DNA from: Lama guanicoe
Lineage: Eukaryota
DNA: 64,000 nt
NCBI GenBank assembly: GCA_013239625.1
Contig: MU053304.1
Location: forward strand, 2,976,001-3,040,000
Reading direction: 5' to 3'
This document shows, piece by piece, positions 1 to 12,300 of this stretch. Position 1 is the stretch's first letter. Every line of letters starts with the position of its first letter. A program made the translations under genes and the position numbers. Under the pieces are notes generated by a model. It did no database searches, had not been told where the DNA came from, and was given only the letters and a program-made list of their open reading frames with translations.

Positions 1-197
1 CAATAGAAATGATAGTAACAGCCTTCCAAGTAGAATCTAGGAGACACATTGTTAAACTACTCTGGTTACATTCATCAGTATCGTGATGCCATCAAGAGAT
101 AAAACAAATTTAAAATAACCAGTGACATTTGCCAGAGTGTATATTCGTTTTTGTCATCTCCATCAAATAATATCAAGACATGATGTAACTTCACTGC

Positions 198-203
198 TTT
201 AAT
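198..203 (-). terminator. Candidate DAW1 polyadenylation signal ATTAAA
   Basis: Only AATAAA/ATTAAA hexamer I found on the minus strand after the stop codon (~145 nt 3'), followed by a U/GU-rich tract. Confidence 0.55.
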
Positions 204-348
204 GGTCATATCTGTGAAACTAAGGACAGTGTATAAATGGTTGACTTGTGGAAAAAGAGAAAATATAGAAAATATCAAAACAGCTTGCTGGCCGTCGGTG
301 AAGCCCAGCTCTTGAAGACCGTGGTTCCTCACCCCAGGCTGTCCTCAG

Positions 349-383
349 TCAGCGCCATATCCTGCAGGTATTATCCTTGCTGC
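349..383 (-). CDS. DAW1: DAW1 exon 13 coding part ([11 protein letters not shown])
   Basis: ttattag| acceptor; TGA at 351..349. Confidence 0.96.
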
Positions 384-3300
384 CTAATAAGGCAAATTTC
401 ACAAAGTTATTTCTTCTTTATCATTTAACTCCCTCTCTTTTTACAGGATGACATTTTCTAGGTCATTGTCGATGATCAATGCACTTAATGGGCTAGATTC
501 TCAGCACCCAGCTACAGAGCCCCTCAGCACCTCAGGCATTTGGAGAGCATGAATCTTTCTTTTTTCTTTTTTCTTTTTTTTTTTTTTTTGTACCTCAGTT
601 ATAAATTGGGCAAGTTCACCTTCTACTCACAACAGCAAGATTCATGCCATCTTGGAATGGGAGAATGGGAGAAGACCTAAGAATGCAACCACGCTAGCCA
701 TCCTTCTGCTCACTGCTGTCCCCTCAACCTCAGACATCACCACCAAGTGGAAATACACTGACTTTGAGCACCTTCTGGCTTGAGTGATTGGCTTATGAGT
801 AGGCAGCATAGTTCACTTTGCAATATTCAAAATGTCAGTAGAGTTTTCTTGTCGTCAGTCAAATGTGAGTTTTGCATCCTCCTCCCCATGCCTGTGACAG
901 ACACTCTTCCAAAGCAGCCGTGGTACCCTCCTCCCCTAGGGGACACCACTCACACTGCCTGTGGAAATGACAGCCCTGGCAGGGAGCGGTGCTGGGCGCT
1001 GCTGGTTCTCGCAGCTGCAGGGGCCAGGCACGCAACAGCCACACAAGAAGTGTGGGGGCTGCACAAAGTCCGTGAAAACCGCACATTCCTCCCAAAGGCA
1101 CCGCGTATTTTTGAAAATGTGAGGACCGCACCAGACAGTTTTCCTCCATTTTGTGATGCTAAAGCCTCAGGCAATCCACTGAAAAATGCATGCAGCTCAT
1201 CACACTGGGGTCCGCCAAGAAAATAGGGCAGATCAATGCAGACAGGGCTCTCTGCTGATGGCAAGGCAGAAGTGTCACCCCCCCCCCAGAAGCGCTGTCG
1301 TCTAGTGGGCCAGTATGCAGCGCTTTGGTGCTTTGGGATGAACTAAATAAATCAACAATATCTTAAAAGAGCCCAGGAATCTAAGGGCCGGCACTAAAAC
1401 AAGGCACAAACAACTAACACTGCCTCCCTAAACTCCCCAGGGTCTTCCGTGGCTGCAGAGCCGGCCTGGCTTAGCGTGAACCGTGCGCACTAGGACAGGC
1501 TGGTCCTCTGACAGACCAGCCCCAGCTTCTGTGGTTCCTGTCACAGCCTCCCACCTCTCTCCCCATCATGGGGAGGGATCTGACACTATTAATTGTGGCG
1601 TTGCCTCCGGAGTAGCTACATTTTAGTGATGCTTGTAGATAGTAAAATCCAAAGAAAGTAATCTGCAATTTTAGAAATTATCCACAATTAGGTAGAAAGG
1701 GGAGGTGTTTTAGAAAAAAGGAGAAGATGATTCTCAATACTTCTTAAGTTATGTGACCAGGAAGCTACCGAATCAACCAACCTATAAGCCAACCTCGTGG
1801 ATGTGACGTTTACCTTATTAGACCAGTTAAGCAATTTAAAAATTCTCTCAATGAGAATCACTGAGAGCGAGGCGGATTCTCTCCTCCGCGCCCTCTGAGG
1901 GCATCCCCACCCCACGCCGTTGTGGCTCCCCACTCCCTCCAGGCTTTCCTCCAGAGGCACCGCCCTATCATTATACCACATTCCTTCATTTTCTTCTCTT
2001 TCCACAACCTAAATTAGCCTAATCTCAATCTAATTCTTATAAAATGTTTCTAAATTAGTTAACTCACCATAAATTAACAGTTGAAAAAACGCTCAATATG
2101 TGTTCTCTTCCCCAAATATTAATATGTTATGAGGGGACATCCAAGGAAGAAACAATTTTGCTTAAAGAATAAGTCTCTACGGGGCTGTAAATCCCACCGC
2201 GGAGAACTCAGGTCCTGGCTTATTTTAGTTATTAACGCTGACCACCATCAACTGGATGTTAACCATTGGATCGATGGTGCCAGAGGAAATGTAGCAAACC
2301 TAAGGTAGGTACCAAATTCTTACTTTGTCTGGAGCAACTGAGATTCAGAATTCACAGAGCCTTGCAGTCGGCGGCAGAGTTCGCTCCTGTGGGTCTGCAA
2401 TGCAACTAAAATTAACTAGTGGATGTGGAAGACACTGGATGAGCCAGGGACCCTGGAAGAGGGGTGGGGGTGGGGCTGGACTCCTTTAGGTACTCAGCTT
2501 AGGAACTCTAACAGCCAATTTAAAAGGGAAACTGAGTAGACGGTATTTATTTCTCTCCTACCTGTAACGATTATGTCGCCTTTATAGTTGAAAGCGCATG
2601 AAAAAATCTCATCAGTGTGCCCCCCAAGAACCTGGAGGCACTGCCCAGTCTGAGCATCCCAGATTCTGGCCGTTTTGTCAGAGCTGCCAGTGAGAAGAAG
2701 GCTCCCTTGGGGGTTAAAAGAGATCTAACAGTAAAGAAACAGTAAAGAAAAAATAATTATCACAGGTTGGTACACCTTGATTTCCAGTATATTTTTAATC
2801 AGCGAAAAGAGGATGTTACTAAGTACCTGTCAGCTTCCCAGCCTGGTGTTTATTCTTACCGAGAACGGTTCCTTCAGGATGGGAAAAATAAATTGCAGGG
2901 ACTAATACATGAAAATTAAAATCTAGATGGTAAAGGTTGATTGCCTACCCCTCACACAAGATCCTAAGGTTAAAGCCAAAGCTCCCTTATAATTTGAGTG
3001 TTCCCCACCCGGCTTCTTTCCAAAGACTCTTGATGCAAATCTCTCCAGGCAGACAAAGAGGCGGGGCCCTTGTGCGGATGAGAGCACAAGGGGTCAAGCA
3101 TCTTCATACTCAAACTTCGATGCCACTCCTGCACCCCAGCTTTCTGTAATCAAAAGCACAGTGGTCTTCTTTCAGTCTACCCCACAGAATGTCGGGGTCT
3201 CTAAGAGAGGCCTTTTGGTCTATTGCTGCTTGCAGTACAGCACTTTCCATAAATGTGTCCCCCCTGGCCAGGCGTTGCCACATGGTGTCTGCGCAGCAAA

Positions 3301-6300
3301 GGAAACTGTCAGTCCTCAGTCCCTCTGGTCATCACGCTTATAACCTTTTCTAAGTCATCAAGGACAACAATTTGGGCCATTTCCTCTGACTGAAAGTCTG
3401 ATGAGGGCAGGGCACAAGCTACATCTTTTTCATCACAGAGTCACCTGGGCCTAGCACAATGCCTAGCACAGTGGAAGCTCTCAAAAAGCATTGGCTGAAT
3501 GAATGAATGAATGAATGAATGCCTTAGCCTGGCACCCCACAGAAATGCCACTACAGGATGGCACCTTCAATAAGTAACATATCATTAACAAGCATAAAAT
3601 GCAATCACAATGGAGTTAGAGAACTGTTTCTCTTTATACACACCCGACAACATGTGCACGTGCTGAGTGTGACATGTCAGACTCTTAGAATCATGGCCCC
3701 AGTTCTCTCCTCCGCCTGTCTCCCGCGTCCACACACCCCATCCCTCTTCCCGCCAGTCCCCCTGGCCTCCCAGCCTGTGAAGATGATGTGCTCTGCCCCA
3801 GAGACCAACCCTGATGGGCATGAGGGCAACGGCTGCTAACAGCAGGTGTGAGGCAGGAGGTGGGGAGAGGGCACAACAGGGGATGGTCCCAGGGTCCAGG
3901 GGGAGCTTGCAGAGACCTGAAACCATCAAGCTTATGTTTTCCAAGGAAGGAGCAAATCTGATCTCAGGTACAAGACCAAGGAATTGGGCTGAGCTGGGAA
4001 GTGAGAGTCACCGGTCCAGCCTTCTCTACAGTGTTCTGAGGACACTCGAAACCTTCAGTCACTTACTGGACAGCTCTGCTCTGTGGATAAGCTTTTGGGA
4101 GGAGCTTATATAAAATCCTAAACTACAGCTTCCAGCTCAGAATAGGTCATTTTTAACTTTGGGAAGGGTTAAGTCTGTCCAGGAAACGCTTCCTCATTTG
4201 CATCTAATCTAAAGGACTCTTGATATCTGCCGCACAGCATACTGTTTGCATAGCATAAACTTGCGTGTTCACCTGAACCAGGGCAAGCATCAGCTTCTTA
4301 ATGACTTGCATAAGCATCTTCAGCTAACTGAACCTTTTGCTTATGGCTGAGGAGAATGGTGTTTTATACTTTATAAAAGGTTTCAGAAATCATTTCTTAC
4401 GCGGAGTTTGAGGACACATTTAAAAAACAAAGTCCTTAAGTAACTGATTTTAGAAAGAATGAGATAACTGAACAAACCTTGGTACCCTCGGTGCCAGAAG
4501 ACCTATTTATACTAAGCACGCTGCCTATTTTTCGAAAACAAAACAAATGGCTCCAAATGAAAAAACAACTCACCTTTGAAATTTCGCCTTCATGGCCTTC
4601 CAATTTGGTAATGCATTTTCTTGTGGCTACACTGAATACTCTTGCTGTTCCTTTTTGAGAGGAGCAGAGATATATATAAATTCATCTGAAATACAGAACT
4701 TTGAGCCACATGCCTTGAATTACCTAAATATCTATCCCTCTGACACACAAACGCAGGGCTAAGTTTGTCTTCTTGCCTGCGGCGAGAGCCAGTCCCTGAA
4801 TACCAGAAATGCAAGCTGGCTTCACTGCAGAAGAGGGTAAAGAGGAGCATCTTGTTAGCCTCGAGGTTATTAGAAGAGATACTGGGTTCCAAGGTAGGCA
4901 GAGGCAGGGAGGACAGGAATCCAGAAAGAAGAAAATTTTGAAGACAAAAAAAGGAAATTAAAACAAGTTTTGAGAGGCCAATGATGAGATAAGCAAGACT
5001 AACATCATACACTAAATATGAGTCTAGGGTCACAGAAGATCTGAGAGGCCTTCCTCAGAAGGAACGGCAGGCACCACTCAATGAACAAAGAGCAAGCACT
5101 TTTCAACAGAAAGGGTTAATATAACGGTTTGCTCCCTGTTATATCTCCAGTGCCCAGAAGTGCCAAGCTCATAGTATACACTTAATAAACAGATGTAAGA
5201 TGGATGGATGGAAGAATGGATGGATGGACAGACGGACGGATGGATGGATGGATGGATGGGTGAACAGGTGGATGAAGTAGTATATACATTTTCTTAGAAT
5301 TAAGGAATAGATGAGTTAAATAAGCATAGAAGGAGAAAAACAGAAGTAGTGAAATCGTTGTCAGGAAAAAAAATTAAAATATATCTGGCCAGGTGAAGGA
5401 TGACTTCTCATCACAAATTACAGCATCACATCAAGGTAAAATTAGTAAGGACAGGGAGTTTTGGTTACTTAATTTTCATTTGGAGAAAAGCAATATATCT
5501 TAATAAAATTTTTTACTTACCTTTCTGACAATGTCAGCTTCATGGGGAAGTAGACAAAAATTGCTTTCTAGAATTAGCATGACTAAAAATATAAGACTTT
5601 CTACTTAGTTGGATTCCAAAAGTTTTAAAGGAAAGTGACCCACTCGTTTTAAGAGTTTGTCAATAAGACAAAAATGTCCAGCATAGATTAATACTTTAAA
5701 TTTTACAAAAGCCCAGAAAACACAAAAATAAGATAGCCTGAAGTTGTGACTTTTATAAGATAGAAATAGGAATAAGACACCAAAAAAAAAAATTCAGCCT
5801 TGGGAGTAATTCCAACGAGGATGAAAACGAGACACATATTTTAAAGAAACAGATGTGTAGCTGCACAGGCTACTAATTCCAGTAAATGAGATCAAATTTT
5901 AAGAAGAGAATGAGGAGCAAAGACCAGAGATGAAGAAAAAAAGGTTGCTCCAAACATCAGGACTTCTTAAGAGGCACAGAATGAGGAGAGGGTTACAAAA
6001 CAAACCAAAAGAAAGAAAGATTTTGGTGGGGAAGTAATGTGTTACCGAATGAGGGAAGAACAGAATCACGACTCGGGGAAATAACAAACAACAGAGAAGA
6101 CAAAACTAGAACTGGACTTATGCTTTATTCTCATCCATCCCTCAGCATTCTGAGCCTCGAGCCTGCTTGCTCCTCCCAGCAAAGCACTGGCCAACTCCTA
6201 ATATTCCATATACTTAGTCCATATAATCCAGCATTCTATAGCATCTAGTACTCTGTATAAAACACACGTGTGTGATTGTTCATTGTCTCCCCCTCCACCA

Positions 6301-9300
6301 TGAGAGAAGAGAGTCCTGTCTCTTTTGTTCATTGATGTATCCTATGTTCCTAAAACAATTCCTGGCACAAAGCAGGCACTCCATATATATTTAGTGAATA
6401 GGTTTTTTTGTGTAAATAATAACGGTTTTAAAATGAAAAGGGCAGATTAACTACGGTTGAAGGATGATTTTGAAAAGCCAAGATCTGTGAGAAGATGAAA
6501 AAGCAAGTGGCTACTTTAAAAAATAAAATTCTCCAGATTCAGGGTGTTTATGTTGCAGGATATAAAAAGAACATGTATGTGTGATCAAAGGATTAACTCT
6601 GAAAAGTCCTAGTGAGTAAGAGAACAAGCATGAGAATATAATTTTTAAAGGGGAGACAATTAAATAAAGACCATGTAATTAAAATGAATCACTGGCAAAA
6701 TTCAAAAACTGGTTGGAACATGAAGGGTGTGTAACTACTTAGAAGTACGTTGGTCACAAGGAGCAAAAACCGGCAAAGAACAAGTGAACAAGTCATGCCT
6801 GGAAACAGCATCCCATTTTTCCCAGAATTTCTTAAACAGCTGTTAAGGAATTTACCAAAGCACAATGTAGAGTCACATATGGTCATCAAGAGAGTTAAAC
6901 ATATGTGCAGCATCATATGTGATTACCAGAGGGATGACTTAGACTCTGAGTAAGAGCGGAGGCTTACTCATGGTGCCAGGGCCATGACTCAGTCATAGAG
7001 TAGAATGATATGCATTCGTGGTGGGGGCCACAGATATAGTGTCGTGTGTGGTCATCACACAGATGATGTGGACAGAGGGTGGCATCATGCATGGTCATGA
7101 GGGAGAAGACACAGACACAGTATAGGGTCAAATGTGGTCATCAGGAAGGTGATGCAGACAGAGTGTGGCCTCATATGTGTTCATCAGGGAGATGATCTAG
7201 ACACAGTATAGTGTCATACATTATTGATAAGAAGATGACATAGACATGGTTTAGAATCAAGGAGATGACACAGGCCTAGTTTAGCATCATACATGGCCAT
7301 CAATAAGATGATCCAGATGTAATATAGGATCATACAAGGGAGTCAGAATGTTGATGTAGACACAGTGTGCATTGTGTGCGGATTTCAAAGAGATAATGCA
7401 GCCACTATGATGTGTGGTTCTCAAGGAGATGAAAAGACATAGTGTAGCATCACATATGCCATCAAGGAGACAATGGAGACAGTGTATAGTCATCTGTGGA
7501 CTAGAGGGAGACAGCCCATACACAGTGCAGCAACATATGTGGTCATCAACAGATATATTGCAGCACCACGCATGGCCATCATGGATATGAAACAGACTAT
7601 ATAATCATACTCAGTTGTCTAGGAGATGATGCAAAATAGGATAGCACTCCACGTGGTTGTCAAGGAAATGATATAGACACAGTATAGAGCATTACACTTA
7701 GTTTTCAAGGAGATAACATGCACATTCATAATGTGGGATTATCAAAGAGAAAAAAACCCTTAATTTAAATATCATACATAGGTATCAGAGAGATAATGCA
7801 GTCATAACATAGCATCCCATGTGCTTGCCAAGCAGATTGTGCATATACAGCATTGCACTGTATATGGTTGTCAAGGTGACAACAGACATCTTGTGGCATC
7901 ATATAGTGTCATCAGTGAGGTAACTCACAGAACAGCAGCATACATAGTTATAGAAAATGATGTACACATAGTATAACTTCATATGTTATTATCAAGAAAA
8001 TGATGGAAAGTATACAACCAGACATTGTTGTCAAGGAGATGATTAGACATACTGTGGCATCAGATTCGGTTTTTATAGTGATGACACAGATACAGCACAG
8101 CATCACACATGGTCACCAGTGGGCTAAGGAAAACATACTGTTGTGTCGTACATGGTCATCGAGGTGATGACAAAGCTATTTAAATGTCACATGTATTCAT
8201 CAGAAATGTGACTGACATTGTGGAACATCAAGAATAGTTGGACACTAATGCAGAAGTAGTATATCATAATATGTAATTTTTCAAGAAGATGACACAGACA
8301 TAGTACAGTGTCATAAACTGTCCTCAGTGAAGTGAACTCTAGCATAATATCATAAAGCATGTTCAAGGACACGATGCAGATGGTATTATGCAGATGCATA
8401 ATGTAATGTGGTTATCAGAGGAGGAAGTAGTCACAATGTAGCATTTATGTGCTTATCAAGTATATGGCACATTGTGAAGCACAATGTGTCAACCCGATGG
8501 TTGACAGAAGTGATTATACCACGTCGTGATTAATGGGTGTAAGAAGCTGAGACATAGTATAGCTTCATACACAGTTATCAAGAAGCTGACTCAAACCAAG
8601 AAAGAGTAGGTGTTTACTCTGGAAATGACATATCCTATAGCATCATTTAACATTCTCAAGGAGATGGTGTCAACATATGATATGGAATCTTATGTAGATT
8701 TCAAAGCAGTAAGAGATATAGTATAGATTCTTGCACTGCATCATTAAATAATGGGGAAAAAGTGCAGCAGCATGAGAGGGTTCAGGGAGATGCCACAGTG
8801 TATCATCGTTCAAAGCCTTCAAGGATATGACACAGACATAGTGTAGCACTACACATGATCATTAGGAAGAAAACACAGTCACTCTGTAGAATCATACATG
8901 GTTGTTATGTGATGACACAGACATAGCATATCTTCATACATGGATTCCTTGGAGGTGAGGCATTGTGTATGATCATGCAGAGTAAAGAGGAAGATGAGGT
9001 TCACATCTATGGCATCATGTACATTTTGAAGAGAGGACACAACACAGTGAAGAATCAAACATGTCTTGAAAGGACACAGACACAGTGTAGCAGCATACAG
9101 GTCATCATAATGATGACTCAGACACTGACGTGTCACTCATGGTTGTCAGAGATGGTATAGATTTAGTGTAGCATTACACATAGGACACAGGTAAATATAG
9201 CATCTTCTCATAAAAGGGCTTTAAGATAGTGTAATAAATGAGGTCATCAGAGACATGATGCATATTATCATGCACGGTTATTAAAGATATTAATTATACA

Positions 9301-12300
9301 GACAAGAGATAGCATTACACATGGTTGTAAAGGGATGACACATACATAGCGTAACATTGTGTTTATTCGAGAACAAGATTAGGCAGGTGTAGAGTCCTAT
9401 CATACATGGTGAGCAAGAGGATGACACATACATAACGAAGCACCACGCCCAGTCAAAGAGATGCTACATACGTGGTGTGATATTACCAATGGTCAGGAGG
9501 TGGTGTAGATATGGTGTAGCAGAATACACTGTTACCAAAGGTACAACAAAATGTACTTGAGCATTGAGTGGTCATCAAGCAGATTAGACAGATATGGTTT
9601 AGCATCAAACGTTGTTTTCAAAGAGATGATAAAACATATTGCAGCATCATAGGTCGCTCCCTAGGTGATGAGTCCTAGGGAGCATGATGGTAATCAGGAG
9701 GACATGAAGTATTATCATGCACAGTCATCAGGAAAACAAGGCAGACATAATTCCATGCCACACGTGATCATCAGGAAGATAATACAGATGTGGTATAGCA
9801 ACATAGGTGATCTCTACAGAGATGAGGTACACATAGTACATCGTATGTGGTTATAAAGGACGTGACACGGTATCGTAGAAGAGATGGTTATCAAACAGTC
9901 AATACAGACATAGTGCAGCATCATAAGTGGTAATAAGAGATGATGCTGCACTCATCATACTAGAGCATCACACATGGATATCAAGAAAATTACATAAACA
10001 GATACAATGTAGCATAAGATATGTTCTTCTTGGAGATAATCCATATACTACCATAAACAGTTATGGGGGGAGGGTATAGCTCACTGGTAGAGGGCATGCC
10101 TAGCATGCACGAGCTCCTGGGTTCAAACTCCAGTAACTTCATTAAGAAAACACACCAACAAACAAATCTAATTACCTCCCCCCAACAAAGAAAATAAATT
10201 TTTAAAAAACAATTATGAAGGAGAAGATACATAAACAATTCAGAATTATGTGGTTATCAAGGAGATAAAGCAGACATAGTAATGCATCATACGAGACGTT
10301 CATTGGAATTGAGCAAACTTATAATAACATCACAGTAAATTATTGGTGGTTATTAAGGAGACGAAGTACACATAGTATAGCATCATGAACTTATCGAGGA
10401 AGGAGGAAGCTATATTGTAGCATCATGCACAGGAATAGGGAGGTGACACAGTGAGTAGAGTTGCACATAGTCATCAGGGTGATGACTCAGCACATAACAT
10501 CATACACTGTGGTTAAGGAGATTAGTAAATGAACAGCATTATACATAGTTATCAAGGAGATCAGGCACTGTAGATACTCAGAGGTTACTGTCCAGCAAGT
10601 AACCTTGAAATAGCACAACATTACACATGGTTATAAGAAAAAGATACAATCATAGTCCTGCATCCCACACAGTGTTCGAAGAGATGATGCTGACATCTGA
10701 CACTATAAACATGGTGACCAGGAAACTGACCCATAATATAGCATACTTTATGGTTACCAAGAAGAAGGAAATGTAGTGTAGCATTATACATCAACCCCCC
10801 CATCTGTGGTTTCACTTTCTGCAGTAACTGAGTTACCAGTTGAGTTAACTGGACCACCACAGTTGTGGTCCAAACATAGTAAATGGAAATTTTCAGAAAT
10901 AAACAATTCATAAGTTTTAAATTGCATGCTGTTCTGAGTGGCATGATGAAATCTTGCACTGCCCCACTCTGTCTTGCCAGAGAGGATGACGTAAGTGTGA
11001 GGTAGCATTATCTGCGGTCTTCAGGAAGATAACACATAGTGCAGCATGATACTTTATTACCAAGATAATGACTCATGGAAAAGCATCACACATGGTTGTG
11101 TGTTTTCACATGATGGCATAGACTTAGCATAATATCACAAATGCTTGCCAAGGGGATGATACAGATGGAGTGCAGCATCATATGTGGTTGTCAAAGAGAA
11201 AAGGCAGACATTGTATAGTATCACACATGGTTATCAAGGATATGATACAGACATATTGTAGTGTATTACAGGGTTGTCAGGAAATGATGCAAATATTGTG
11301 TAGTGTCTTACATGCTTGTCAGGAATAGTTACCATGAGCATGACCCATTGTTCAGTATCATAAATTGACATCCCAGACATGATGTATACATAATATTCCA
11401 ATACAGATGGTTGTCAATGAGATGATATAATCATATAGTATTACATGTGACTTTTAATGAGATGATGCAGTCCCGGGGCAGCATCATCCATATTTGTCAG
11501 CAAGATGAGTCCTAGTATTGCATCATACATGGTTATCCAGGAGATGATGCTGACATAGTTATACATCACAGGCAGCAGTCAAGGAGATAATGCAGGTGGA
11601 GTGTAACATCACACATGGTTTTTAAGGAGATGATGTGAATATAGTGTATTATCATGCATGGTCATCAGGAAGATGGCATTGTGGCCACCTGTTCATCGGG
11701 AAGACAATGCATGCAAAATGCAGTATCTGACTTGACCAGGAAGTGGAATAGACATAGTACAGTGTGATGTATTGTCATCAAAGAAATAACACAGCTATTG
11801 TAATGTCTTCATAAGTAGTTATCAAGGATATAATGCAAATATGACAGCATCAAACATGGTTTTAAAGGAGTGGATGAAAATACAGCACAGCATAATACAT
11901 CCCTTTCAAGGAGATGATGCAGATATAATGTAGTATTTGTCCTGGAGGGATGAGACAGACACGATATAACAGCACATGTGGTCAACAGGGAAATGATACA
12001 GATGTGTTGTAGCATCATTTGTGGACCTCATGGAATTGAGGTACACACAGTGTGGCACCAGCCCGTGGTTATCAATGAGACGACACACAGTGCAGAATCG
12101 TGACAACCAAGAAGGTGATACATAGCATAGAATCATGTATGTTCATGGTGAAGATTTGCTTGACATGGTAAAGCCGCACATGTGATTATAAAGGAGAAAA
12201 TGCAGATTTATTATAGCACCATCAATGGCGGTCAAGCTGATGAGAACAACCTAGGGCAGCATAATGCATGATCATCAGGGAGGCGACCCAAGACACACCG

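Noticed and set aside
7200..12300. TGATGA-like motifs suggesting a C/D snoRNA cluster
   Set aside because: No consistently placed CTGA D box or terminal stem, the unit is too short, and the main motif is antisense to the host transcript
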